Assembly: GCF_018350175.1 (NCBI RefSeq) | Contig: NC_058368.1 | Coordinates: 180,484,001-180,548,000, forward strand | Length of the DNA stretch: 64,000 nucleotides | Reading direction: 5' to 3' | Origin: Felis catus | Taxonomy: Eukaryota | In this document: positions 1-13,511 of the stretch, piece after piece | How the letters are laid out: every line of letters begins with the position of its first letter | How positions within the stretch are numbered: position 1 is the stretch's first letter | Made by a program: the position numbers and the translations under genes | The notes under the pieces: model-generated | Seen by the model: the letters and a program-made list of their open reading frames with translations, nothing else | The model's database searches: none | Told to the model about the DNA's origin: nothing

Positions 1-351
1 AATGTGAAGAGAAGTCCTTCTGGCTTCTGGAATCCCCTTAGACTTCCTGCTTCCCTGTGCTTTATTTCACAATGGAGGAGAAAACCATTCCACATTTTGC
101 CACCACTGGGCTTCAGGTTAGCCAAAGACCTAGAACAACTGGTGTGCTCCGAGCAATCAGAGCTATGCAGGTAAACAGTGCTTGCTTATGAAACCACTTC
201 CTTTAGCATAAGAAGGAGGGCCGGGTTACCTCACCAGCTGTCTTCAGTTCCCCTATCTATAAAACAGGAATAATATGGTACTCTCTCCCAGGTTAATGTG
301 AAGAGTCAATGAACCAAATGCCAGTGGCTCTGCAAAGTATAGAGCAAAGAC

Positions 352-512
352 CCTCAGAATCACCTGGGGACCTGATGGAAATGCAAATTTCCAGGCCCCA
401 CAGCAGCCCTACTGAGTAGAGTTGGGGGGTGGGGGAGGAGGTGGGACTTGGGGAGTGGGGTTTAACAAGGCCTCCAGGGGGTTCTGAGGCTTCCCCACGT
501 TGACAACCTCTG
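352..512. mobile_element. MER5-like hAT-Charlie DNA transposon remnant
   Basis: cagaatcacctgggga...aaatgcaaatttccaggcccca...tttaacaag...ggttctga motif series. Confidence 0.6.
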
Positions 513-1999
513 CTCTAAAGTCTAAGTTCCATGAGGACAGGATTTCTGTTGGTCCAATCACTGCTGAATCTCCAGTGCCGGGACAATGCCTTATAAATTA
601 CAGGCACCCTATCCTTTTACAGGCACTCAATAAATATTTCTGATTAAAGGAATCCAGATGAAACAGGGGAGGAAGGAAACCAAGGTTCAGAGAGCCTGGC
701 ATTTCCAACTATATTTGCCCAGCTTGATGACTCTCTCACTAATTTGTAGTAAATATTACGAGTTGGACACTGACTGTCGTGTCTCACTCTCGCATTTCTA
801 GCTCTTAGCGCACGCGTGCCCAGCTCATCGGAACAGGCTCTTGGCAACACCCTACTGAAGGCACAAATGTCTCCAGTTCCAAAGCTAAATTCACAGCACA
901 ACTGCCAACAGGTGCGGCGGACAGGTCTGTCCCTCCATCTTCCTAAGATAGGGAAAAGAATTCTAGAGAACACCAAGCCCCCAGTTATAATGCAACTTAT
1001 CTGTTCAACTATTTGCCCTTCTCCCTTGCCCAAGGGTACACCCTGCTGTAGCAGGGACTTTGCTCTGATCCTCAGCACTAGCAACGGAGCCTGAAGCCCA
1101 GTAGGCACTCAATAAATACCTGCTGAATGAATGGCCAACCCCTGGCTGGGTGGGACGAGATAAATACCAATGCCCTTCTGCACCACCACCATGCTAAAAT
1201 CAGCAGGTTCTCAAACAGCTCTCAAACAGTCCTGGGGGTGAAGGGGAGGGGGGAGGCACTTCTCGAGCGAAGAGACATGGTATCAAGCAGTTACAAATGA
1301 ATTCCAGATACCTCCAGTTTTTGCATCAGCCTTTTTAGTTCTGCCATGACAACTGCAATTCATTACCCCTGCTTCACACACAGCCCTGGTGCCAGCTCAC
1401 TGGCAAGAGTCACTTCACTCCAGAAATTCCAAAGAAGGGCTTGTCTCCGATAAGACTAGGGTAAAAGAATTTATTGACTTATTTATATAATGAGGGCTGC
1501 CAAGGTGGTTTGCAAGCTCTGATGTCAATCTGGCTCAGATGAGCCCTGGCTTACAGGAAGACACTTGAGTTGGTAAAGAAGGAACAATGGTTCCTGTTCC
1601 TCTACCAATGCACAGGAGGGCAAACGAGCCTGACAAGTAACAGCTCCCATTAGAAAGCCTCATGTGCACCAAGCACTGGGCTAAGAATTGACATGTCTGG
1701 TGTCATTTCATCCTCCGGGGGTAGGTAGGTCCTACTCTGAGAAGAAACTTGTTCAAGGCCACTTACTGCATGTAGTGACGGGGCCAGAACTTGATTTGGT
1801 GCCCTGTGAAGATCTTTATGAAGACCTTATCTACTTGCAGGGAATAGCGTGGAACGTCAGACCAATGTTGGGCTGGAAGCACACATTTTCCTCCACAGAG
1901 AACAAGACGCTGATAGGTGTGTTTCTGTTGGTTTCTCTGTAGTTAGAAAGGTCCTCTTCCCTCTGCTTCCCCCCCTCTCCAAATTTATTGATTGTGCAG

Positions 2000-2140
2000 T
2001 GGTGCAAAGAGTAAGGCTTTGAAATCAGATGGGCCTAGATTCAGATTCTAATTCTGCCTCATTCTACCTGTGTGACTTTAAATTTAACACTTGACCATTC
2101 TTAGCCTCAGTTTCCCCATTTGCAAAATGCCAGGAATATA
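2000..2140 (+). mobile_element. MIR SINE fragment
   Basis: Core motifs tgtgtgacttt...agcctcagtttccccatttgcaaaatg. Confidence 0.6.
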
Positions 2141-4009
2141 CAATGAGCACGTGACAGATACTAGATAACGATGATTAAATATAACTATTATTATCCTCAT
2201 TACCACCAATGTTAATGCCAGTTATTGTTCTTGTTGCTAGTAATACAAAGACAAACCACGCACTTGGAAGAAATTCCTGGAATACAAAGTGAAATGCTAA
2301 GAGTCCTATCTAAGAAAAGCCACCACAGATGTTCGATCAGAAGGCTATCCCAAGGTCACCTCATCCTAGCAGCCACCTGATGCCTGCATCTTGCTATTTT
2401 ATCCTTCCAAGTCAGGTACCAGTCAGTGGATCCCAAGGCTGCCCCAGTGACCAATGAAACAAGCAACCACCACTGGGCAGGGAGGAAGACAGTGTGGGGA
2501 CAGCTGGGCTGCTACGGAACCAGGCCCAGCAACAGCAGGCAGCCGGCTGGGGAAAGTCAGCAGCTGCCGTTGGCCTGGTGTCCTGGCTGCCAGAGTGTGA
2601 TGAATGGAGCAGGGGAAGAAAAAAGGCAACAAAGGTGTCCCTAATCTTGATGCAGCTTCACTTTTTTTCTGGCTGACCATTGAGTGAGAACTTAAGCCAC
2701 GGTCTTTTTTCTTTGGCAGACATTTGAAACTGAAAGATCCCATTTCTTTCTACCGGTGAGATGTCATGGGTAGAAGCACTGAGGAGGCGAATGGGGCTGG
2801 GGAGGTGGGGTGGGGGCGGTAGGGGGAAGGGGAGGATGTGACCCACGGCACTTGTCCATTTTTCCCTTCCTTCTCACTCTCTTTTCTCCATCCCCCACTG
2901 TGTACAGCATCTTTATAGAATGTTCTATGTTCTCCCAACACAGCAACACTAAACGCCTGTCCCCGTCTCAATTATTTTGGCAAGAGGTTTACTGCTCAGG
3001 AGCTGGAGGCTTAATGGCCTGCTGGCGAAGGTTAAATAACAAAACACCACTGTATCCAGTTTCTGAGTTTTCTCTTCTTTTATCTCACTCTGAAACAGGG
3101 ATTCAAGGCAGCCGAGAAGCCCGTCAGCAGCAAGCAGGGACTCTCGCTGTTCTGCCTAAGGGTTTGTAGCCGGCTGGCCCTCTCCATACTGGGAGACGCA
3201 GGGCATGTGAATTTTTCACACACACACTCAGCCCAGATCCAGCCATCTGCCCTTGTCCAAGTGGAAGCACTAGGAGATGTCACCCAAGCCATTTCTCCAA
3301 GGGAAGTGGGGGTCTTATCCAGGGCCCCTCGCTGAGCTGGGGGCTGTAGATCCTCACTGCCTGGAGGCAGGCATGGCCGGAGAGAGCTCCTGACAGTCAG
3401 CATGGACTGCCAACTGCACCTGAATTGGCAACCCCTAAAATGCCACCAAAACCTGACCAAGACTTCTTCTATCCAAGATGCTGTGTGGCAGCATGCCAGC
3501 CACCTTCCAACTCCCATTTCTTTGAGCCTTGTCTCCCCTTATGTGCACCTGAGCTTGGTATTCCTACCCTTGCAGTAACTAAGGCAACCTGATTCTCTTC
3601 TCTTCAAAAGAGCAGTGTTTCATAGCTACCTGGGATCCCAGGGGATTGGAGAATCAGGTCAGTTCGGCTAGGCAAAAAGCCGGAGGGGTGGTGACAGAGA
3701 GTAGCTGCCTTGGCTACTAATTCCCTGGCCATCGAGAACATTTACCCAAGCGACTTGGAAACGACTTTGAGCTCTCAACACACACTGTATCCTTTAGAGT
3801 TTCTCTGCCTCCATCTCTGCTGTCTCCTTCCCAGAGCTCTGGTTAGCTGGCTGCTCCCAGAAGGCAGGGGGGGGGTGCCCAACAGTCTCCTAATCCCCCG
3901 AGGATTTCATGGGCTTCTCTGATCAAGCCTCCTCTGCAACACAGCTCCCTGAGAACCCTAGCAAGTTTTCCACCTTATTGACAGGGGACTCTGGAGTAGC
4001 TACAGCAAA

Positions 4010-4200
4010 TATGAGTGTGGATTTAAGAGTCCAACTACCTGGCTTCCAATCTGGGGTGCAGCACCTTCCGGTGACCTTGACCAAGTTAATCTTTCTAAGT
4101 CTCAGTTTCCTCATCTGAAAATGAAAATAATAACAGTACTTACCGCACAAGGTTGGCAAAAGGATGGCATGTGATAATAGAAAAGGCTCAGCCCAGTGTG
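4010..4200 (+). mobile_element. MIR SINE fragment
   Basis: gtgaccttgaccaagttaatctttctaagtctcagtttcctcatctgaaaatgaaaataataacagtac core. Confidence 0.7.
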
Positions 4201-4804
4201 TAGCATAAATTCAGTATCCTAGGACACAACTCACCAACAGTCGTGACAGCATGAAAGAAACCTGCTGGTCTACACCACCAGAAAGGATTATGGAAAATAA
4301 CTGAGCCACAAGCATAAAATATTCCCAAAATATTATGTGGGTGAGGAGAAACTGGATCTGATTTTTAGGGAAAAGTTTACATAAGAGAAAGAGGGAAAAA
4401 GATCTTTCCTAAAGATTCAAGGTGTGACCTTGGGCAAGTCACTTGTTTCTGAGTCTTAGTTTCATCAGTGAAATGAGAGGGCTGGGTTACAAGAGCAGAA
4501 AGGTCCTTCCCAGCTGAAAACTGGGGAGAGAGCTGGGCAGAGAGTCTCCATTTGACTCAAGTGTTTCACAGGCATTTTCTAATAAAAGCTAAAAGAACTA
4601 GCGTTCCCACGTACCTCGTGGGTATCAGGCTCCGTGCTAACTGCCCTATCTGATTTAGCTTATTTAATGTCCATAACATTATGGACAACTATATGTATGT
4701 CTCTATCACAGAAAAGACAAAACTAAGGCTCAGAGGGAATATGCGACTTGCCAAGGTCACTCACTCAGGTAGCAAGTAGCAGATCCAAAATGCCAGGGAT
4801 TCAT

Positions 4805-4826
4805 TTTTTTTTAACGTTTACTTATT

Positions 4827-4869
<43 letters not shown>

Positions 4870-5047
4870 GAGTGCACCTGTGAGCAGTGGAGGGGCAGAG
4901 AGAGAGAGGGAGAGAGAGAATCCCAAGTGGGCTCCCTGCTATCAGCCCAGAACCTGACCCAGAGCTTGAACCCATGAACTGTGAGAGCACGAGCCGAGCC
5001 AAAAACCAACAGTCAGATGCTTAACCAACTGACCACCCAGGCACCCC
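4805..5047 (-). mobile_element. CanSINE (SINEC)
   Basis: T-tail, (GA)n tract and tRNA-derived head ending ...cacccaggcacccc on the + strand. Confidence 0.9.
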
Positions 5048-5594
5048 AAGATGCCAGGATTCAAAGGCTCACACTCTTTCCGTTGTCCATACTTGCTCTC
5101 TGGTTAACTGTGGCCTGGTCACACCAGAATGGTACAGGTAAGTGAAATCATGCTTGTCCTCGCTCCATTCCCCAAGGCCAAATTCCTTAGGCAAGGGAGC
5201 ACAGGCCTTGCTTCAGCAACTTAATTCAGTAGGCAGCTGAGTAGTGCAGTGGTTAGAAATGCGTTTTCTGGTTTCAGTGTACCTAGCATTGGCATTACAG
5301 CTTCAGGAAAGTTGAGTGGCTTTCACCAAACTCAACCCCACCAGCCTCAGTTTCCCCATTGTACCTATTTGCAGTGTTATTAGAGGGATTAAAGGAAATC
5401 ACCCATGTACTCAGCAGACTGCCTGAATATAATAAATGTTCAGTCGTTGTTTCCTACCCAGCTAAACAGAAAAGCATATAAGCAGTGATGAGCAGTTTTG
5501 AAATTAATCTATGGCAGGAGTATGGCAGGGGTCCAAGAGCCCCCTGAAATTATGTGCCAAAATTATGCACTTGCACTTTCCTTCAGGAAGCATG

Positions 5595-5886
5595 TTTTTT
5601 TTTTTTTTTTTTATTTGCATATAAGTTAGTTAGCCTATAGCGCAATAATGATTTCAGGAGGAGAACTGTGCTTCATCTCTTACATAGTAACACCCAGTGC
5701 TCATCCCAACAAGTGTCCTCCTTAATGCCCCTTGCCCATTTAGCCCATCACCCCAACCCACAACCCCTCCAGGGCCCTCAGTTTGTTTTCTGTATTTAAG
5801 AGTCTCTTATATTTTGCCCCGCCTCCCTGTTTTTATATTATTTTTGCTTCCCTTCCCTTATGTTCATCTGTTTTGTATCTTAAATG
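5595..5886 (-). mobile_element. 5'-truncated carnivore L1 3' end with TSD
   Basis: Poly-T followed by L1 3'UTR motif (aacacccagtgctcatcccaacaagtg). Direct repeat ttcaggaagcat at 5582-5593 and 5887-5898. Confidence 0.85.
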
Positions 5887-6846
5887 TTCAGGAAGCATCT
5901 TTAACCTTTGTCAGATTCTCATAAGGGTCTGTGCCAGAAGGAGGTTAAGAGCTTAAGACTGTAGACCAACTTCCTACAATATAAATCATTTCTGAAATAA
6001 CAAGGTTACTAGCAAAAGTTCCTCCTATCATGAGAGAAGTTGCTGGGTCCTCTTGACATAGCCTCTTAGCCATGTGGGCCTCCGGTACTTATCACATAGC
6101 CCCAGAAACTGTGCCTACAGAGTTCCCAGGTGGTTCCTGGAAGAAGGTCTGAACACACACCACAGATTAAGCAGGAATTAGGCTTCAAGAACCTTCTCTG
6201 GCAGGACCAGTTCAAACAACCCATTCTTCCTCGGAGAACAATCAGCATATTTGTTTTTGCATACCACTAAGTTAAATACACAAGGAATGCTGGCCCTTTG
6301 CTGGGAGCTCCCAGAAGCACCCAGAGCCATTCTGCTAAAGGAACAGTGCTCCAAAGGGCTGGGGAGACCTGAGCTGCAGCACCTGATTCCCCACAGGCCC
6401 GGCACCTTCCCAGGCCAGCCTGTGGTGCCGCTGGAGCCTTTGGCCCAGTAGGCAGGGCCCAAGCTGCCCACTGGACCCTCTCCGGTTGTTGGGGGAACCG
6501 TCCTCAGGAATTTCGGCCTCCCAGTCTTGCCCTGGGTGAGAAGGGAAGAGAGTTGGCAAGGCCGCCTGCCTGGCTGCTCTTCCGACCCGCTGGTGAAAGG
6601 GGAAGCTGAAAACTGGATTCCCTACCCCCAGTAGCCTCCATGCCGGACAGCACACGAAACAGCTCAGCCCCAGAGGGAGGAATGTGCCAAGACATTCTTC
6701 AGGGTTGGTAACCCGAGACGCTATTTTGTTCTTCGTGGCTAAGAAATCACTTTTCTGACTGAAGAACCCTTTGACTTACTTCTTTTAAATTCGGGGGAAT
6801 GGGCAGGCATCTCCCTGATTCAGGTAAGGAAAAAGCCAAGACAAAT

Positions 6847-6850
<4 letters not shown>

Positions 6851-6886
<36 letters not shown>
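6851..6886. repeat. (CA)n microsatellite
   Basis: Perfect AC run of about 18 units. Confidence 0.95.
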
Positions 6887-6889
<3 letters not shown>

Positions 6890-8453
6890 AGCAGAATTTT
6901 TTATGTGATCTTCCGCTTCACAGCATTAATCAGTTGCAGAGATGTAACTACCCTGGCAGAATTGATTTCCCCCATCCCACCACCCCAAAGAAGAAGTCTG
7001 GCTCGTTTATGCTTTAATTTTTTTCCTCTTCCTCGTTATAGTCCCCTCTCCCCATTCGGCCATGGAGTCAAGAGGGGTAAGACGAGGCCAAGGAGTCCGA
7101 AATCACATTTGAGACCTGGCAGGGTACTGTGACCATCTAATAAACTGTCTTCTCTCACCAATGGAGCACTTTACCTCAAAGAGGTCAAGTGCTTTACCTG
7201 AGGCCACACAGGCACGACTACAAGACAAAATTCCCTAATGGGGTGTACAGGAGGGAAATTCCAGAGAGCCACAAGTGGATGTCCTCTGCTCATCTCTTTC
7301 TCAAAATTTCCAGTTGGCCCACCACAACAGTGACCTTGGGGTTACACTAGGTACAGTTCAGCACCCCAAACTCAGCCCCCACCCCCACCAGCCCAGTGTG
7401 GGTGGAATGACCAGGAGGTAGGAAGATGCATTAAAACCAATGACTTGCAAGGTGAAGTGAGCAGCTTAGTTAAATGCCAGTATGTTTTTAATTCCTCTCC
7501 ACTGCTTGCCAATCTGCCTAAAAACAAAGGCTGGGGACACCTGTTGCTTGGGTATGGGCAGGCTACAGTAGAGAGCTACAATATAATGGCACTGGATTGT
7601 TTTTTTTTTTTTCTGCTCCACTGTATTTTTGAGGATCTCTTCTATTTATGACAATAGATGTTACTGGTTTCCCATTTGTGAGAGTTGAAAATTTTCAAAT
7701 TTTCAAATTCAGTTGATTTAAAGTCAAATATTAAATAAGCAACAGTACAGGTCGCTATAGTATAAAATCATTATGGTGGTTCACATGATACTAAAATTTG
7801 AAAAATAATGCTGTAGCCAAGTCAGTTTTACACTTGCCCTCTTCCAAGGGTAAACAATTGAGAAGCTTTCTCTAGCTGTATTATCCTCTCAGAGCCTCAG
7901 AGAAGTCCCTAAATTCACGACTAGGGTGAGGGAGCACTGCTGGGTGCAGGGCTGTCTCAGTCCTCCAACATCCCACTGCTGACAGCACACTGGCCTCAGT
8001 AAGCTTCAGGAACCAAAACTGGGGAGGAAACAGAAGACTGAACCTGTGTATGTTCTAGATGAGAACAAGAGGCTGCCTAGTGCACCAACACTGTAACAGC
8101 GTCCCTGGGGACAGATGACCCTGAGGGGGAATGAAGAGGAAGGAAAGTGAGTCCGGACAAGGTTAGAACGTCAGAGCTGGTAAGGAAAATGGTGTATTAT
8201 GGCAAGTGGTGGAAAGATCAACATATTCAAGCAAATCACACCTCTGGGCCTCAACTTTTCTCTTACCTTTGAAAATAAGAGCTGGGCCCTGATCATCTAT
8301 GCCCCTTTCAATTTTTAGAGTTCGACTATTACTCCTTCCCTTCCAAGAAAACCATTAATCTTACAAAGTGGGAACCTGAGGCTTAGAGTTAAAGCAGCTT
8401 GCCCAAGGGATGTTTTCTCTAGCATTAAAAAAATTAAAAAAATTTCTTTTCCA

Positions 8454-8556
8454 AGGGTACCTGGCTGGTCCAGTAGGTAAAGCATATGACTCTTGATCTT
8501 GAGGTCATGAGTTCAAGCCTCACACTGGGCATAGGGCTTACTTAAAAAAAAAAAAA
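8454..8556 (+). mobile_element. Short tRNA-derived CanSINE
   Basis: A-box-like tggctggtccagtagg, B-box gagttcaagcc and an A-tail. Confidence 0.75.
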
Positions 8557-9063
8557 TTATCTTCCATATTACATTGAGACATCCCACATGGTACTGAGAA
8601 GAGAGTAAGCACCCAGTAAATGTTAAATGAATTAACTTAAAGTGCTCACAGAAACTACTGGGAATCTCTGCTCTAATGTTCTTTCTGCTCCTTTTTTTAA
8701 AACCCTTGCTACACACCCCGTCTTGGACTTTCCGGGACCTCCATCCCAACCCCATAAGACGAAGGGTCCAAAAAATTCATCTCTATTGCTCTGCAGGCAC
8801 CTAACACCCAAAGGTCACACTGACCAGGTGAAAATTCCACATTCCTAAGACACTAAGACCACAGACCAAGACAGCGAAGGACAACAAAGCAATCTCAGAG
8901 GGTGGTTCTCGCCTCCTCTCAGGACATACATGCGGAGGGTGTGTGTATGTGTGTGTGGAAAGAAATGCCAAGCAATCAAAACCGGGTGAAAGTCTGGAAG
9001 CTAAGAGCCATGCCATACCAGTCATCTCAGACTCCACCTGCCTCAGCAAAATAATTAATTAAC

Positions 9064-9066
9064 AAA

Positions 9067-9101
<35 letters not shown>

Positions 9102-9103
9102 AT
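9064..9103. repeat. (AAAT)n microsatellite
   Basis: About 10 tandem AAAT units. Confidence 0.95.
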
Positions 9104-9559
9104 ATCCTGTGCTACAGCCGCCTTAGTGCCCACCAAGGTCAGGACGCACTGGTGCAGAGCTGAGGAACTCCGGACCCCGGAGGAAGAAAGGGAGAACGAG
9201 GCGATGGGCAGGGCTTTGCGGGAGGCCTCTCACCTCCATCTACATCCTAACAGCTTCCAAGTTGCTGTGAGATTCCTGGAGAACCAGTCTCCCTGATCAG
9301 CCCTCCCCCGCTCCTTCCTTTCCTTCCCACTCCGGCCTCCAGCACCCCTGGCTGCTCCTATGCTCTTCTCAAGAGCCTCCCAGGCACCTGTCAAAAACCA
9401 CACTCTAGGCTGCCTTCCCCTCCGCGTACAGTCCTTCCTCCAGCAGTTTCCCACTGAATCCTGGGTCCCCACCACCCCCGCCAAACTAGATGCTTCCCCA
9501 TCACCCCCCTCATGCTGGGGAAAGCCTCCTTGGGAAGCCCCAGAATCACAAGGCAAAGT

Positions 9560-10720
<1,161 letters not shown>

Positions 10721-12304
10721 CCCGCTATGCCTCTGCTTTTCAACGCTCCCGGCTCACTCCACCCCGTGTCCAGGCTCTTGGTACAGGTGGCCCCAAATCT
10801 TACAACTCCCCACTTCTCTGTTATGTAGCATCAGGAGTCAGGAAAGAAGTGGTTAAATGGAAACATTCTTGCGAATCAGGGAACATAAGTTTTCCAGGAT
10901 CTCTGGTCCCTTCCCCCAACACACTCACCATCTGTCTCCCTCTCATTCCATTCTTCTCCCCGTGTTGTTTCACCATCCCCCCACCCCTGTATTTGCTAAT
11001 GTAGCTAGCTCTCCTCAGGGTCCTTAAGATTAGGAGTACATAATATGAATCCCCTCCTCGGGGAGGACTTCCAAAGAGTGTCAGGGGAAACATTGTGTAA
11101 AGTAATATAATGATGGTGTTGTTAGCTGAATTGAGTACTTAGCCCTTCCCAAACTGTGGGCTAGCAGCTTCACATGGGGCTCTGTCCTGTGATACTTTGA
11201 GGTAGGTATGTTATGGATTTGGGGGAAAATACAAGACAGCAAAACAAAGTTCCATTTTGAAAAAAAAAATAGAAGAAATTTTAAAATCGTAATATTTCTT
11301 GAGAAATTAAAAGTATGTAATTAAATATAAAAAGGTGGCATGATTAGGTTAAGGATCAACTGGCTTGTCTGTGTTTCCTGAATGTATGTTTTACCATTTT
11401 TGCCCTGGATATTTGGCAGGAAGCTGGCCTGGAGGACTGGAGCCCATTGTGGTGTATCCTCTTGTCTGAGCCCCACAGTCTCCCAGAGGAGCCAGCATCC
11501 TGTGCTGTATGGGCCAGAGTGTGCTGAGCAAGGGAAGGAATCCCATGCTTTTGGCCTCATTTTCTCTTGATAGGTAAGACCCACCATGGCAGTTCCTTAC
11601 CTCCCATGAAAAGTCAGTTACTTCCCTGAGGCTAGACCTAGAGCTCAGTGTTTGGCCCTGCCTACCCTCCTTCATTCCATAGATGCCATGCACAGAAGTC
11701 CAGAATCATGGGTCTCAGACTGGCCCACAACACCCCTAAGTAGGAGTTCTTCATCCTTTTAAGGGGGATTCCCACAGCCCTCTTCACTTCCTCTACTGGG
11801 CCAAACTTTCACATTATAAAAACCTATTACTGATTAGAGCAATAGCTCAAAAGAGAAGCCAAAATGGCGCTAGGTGCTTCACACACACAATCTCATTTAG
11901 TCCTCACAACAACCCTTTGGAGTAGGGAATACTTATACCCATTGTTATTGATGAGAAAACCGAGGCTCTAAAACGCTGTACCTAAGTAGACTCAGGTCTG
12001 TTTGTCTTTGCCGCTCAACCATTAACCTATACTTTCTTTCTTCTTTTAATTACTCTGTAACTCTTGGACCTACCCATGGTCTGGATCTGGAATATTATGG
12101 ATACTGATGAATGCTTATCTCTGTTGATACTTGCTTCATAAAGATTTTGCTAAGAAGCAAATTCTCTTCAGTCTGTTTGGGTCCCAAACCTGTCCTATTT
12201 TCTGCCTGTGTGACCTTGAATAACTTGCTTAACTAAAGTCTCAAGTCTTAGGTCTGAAAAATATACAGATTTCATAGGGATTTTTAAAAATTATTATTTA
12301 AAAA

Positions 12305-12518
12305 AGTTTAAAATGTTTATTTATTTTTGAGAGAGACAGAGCGAGAGAGAGAGAGCGCACAATTGGGGGAAGGGCAGAGGGAGACACAGAATTTGAAACA
12401 GGCTCCAGTCTCTGAGCTGTCAGCACAGAGCCCAGCACAGGGCTTGAACTCACAAACCATGAGATCATGACCAGAGCCTAAGCTGGATGCTTAACTGACT
12501 GAGTCACCCAGGAGCCCC
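12305..12518 (-). mobile_element. CanSINE (SINEC)
   Basis: atgtttatttatttttgagagag...gagatcatgacc...cacccaggagcccc. Confidence 0.88.
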
Positions 12519-13422
12519 CATGGGGCTTGTTTTAACGGCTAAAGGAGATGAGACATGCAGAGGGCTTGGCACCCACTGTAAGCCATCCTCTCAGGGGCCT
12601 CATTGTGGTACATTTGGAGCTCCATGCCTGGCAGCAAGCAATGTCCCTGTGAAGTATGAATCAATGAAGTATTTTCTGTTCCAGACACAAACCCATGTCC
12701 TTTCCATCCCTGCAAATTGTACGTGGTTGCTTGTGACAATCATCCCAACTGCTGATTTCAGTTTTGTCTTCTCTTGCAACCCAGCCTTCTCACCTGTTGG
12801 TGTCAGTTGCGAAGGGAAACACAGTGTAGACTACCAAATCCTGCTTTCTTTTTAGTCCAGGTGCCCAAGCCCTGGATTTTCCAAATGCCTTGTTTCTTTG
12901 GATCTTTAGACGTGAGCAGAGGAGCAGGAAAGAGAGACCAGAACTGGAATTGACTCCTGAAAGCCTTGGCCTGCTTTTCTGTCCCTCCTACTTCCATTCT
13001 TCCCCCCAACACACACAAAAGAATCCTAGGTTATCTCCCAGAAGCTGCAAGCAGGGTGAGGTAATAAAACAGATGACTGCCTGCCCCATGTGATGGCGGG
13101 TGAATCATCCCCAGGCATTCTGCAAGGCTGAAGACAAACGTGAAAGGGATTAAAGGTAAAACCAGCCCAGCCACGTGATAGGGCAAACTGGACATTATTC
13201 TACAGGTGACTAAACTGCAGGAATGTGAACTGAAGACAAGAAGCCCAGCCTCTCCCGGCCTTCCTCCTGGGGCTGTGTCTGGCTGCCCGTGAGCTGAGTC
13301 GGAGGCATGGCCAGTACCGGAGCTGAGCAGAAGTGACTATAGGACAAGACTTTCTTCATGTACTTTCACATCCCGTGGCCCATAGGAGACACCTGAGCCC
13401 AGGACAGGTTCTCTTGTTTTTT

Positions 13423-13511
13423 TTTTTTTTTAAAGCTTATTTATTTATTTTCAATATATGAAATTTATTGTCAAATTGGTTTCCATACAACACCCAGTGC
13501 TCATCTCAAAA
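13423..13511 (-). mobile_element. ~90-bp L1_Fc-like 3' terminus with TSD
   Basis: Tail plus tttattgtcaaattggtttccatacaacacccagtgctcatc. TSD tctcttgtttttt at 13410-13422 and 13512-13524. Confidence 0.85.

Noticed and set aside
644..1108. 154-aa ORF in WWC1 intron 1
   Set aside because: No recognisable domain, overlaps L2/MIR-like remnants and lacks supporting splice context.
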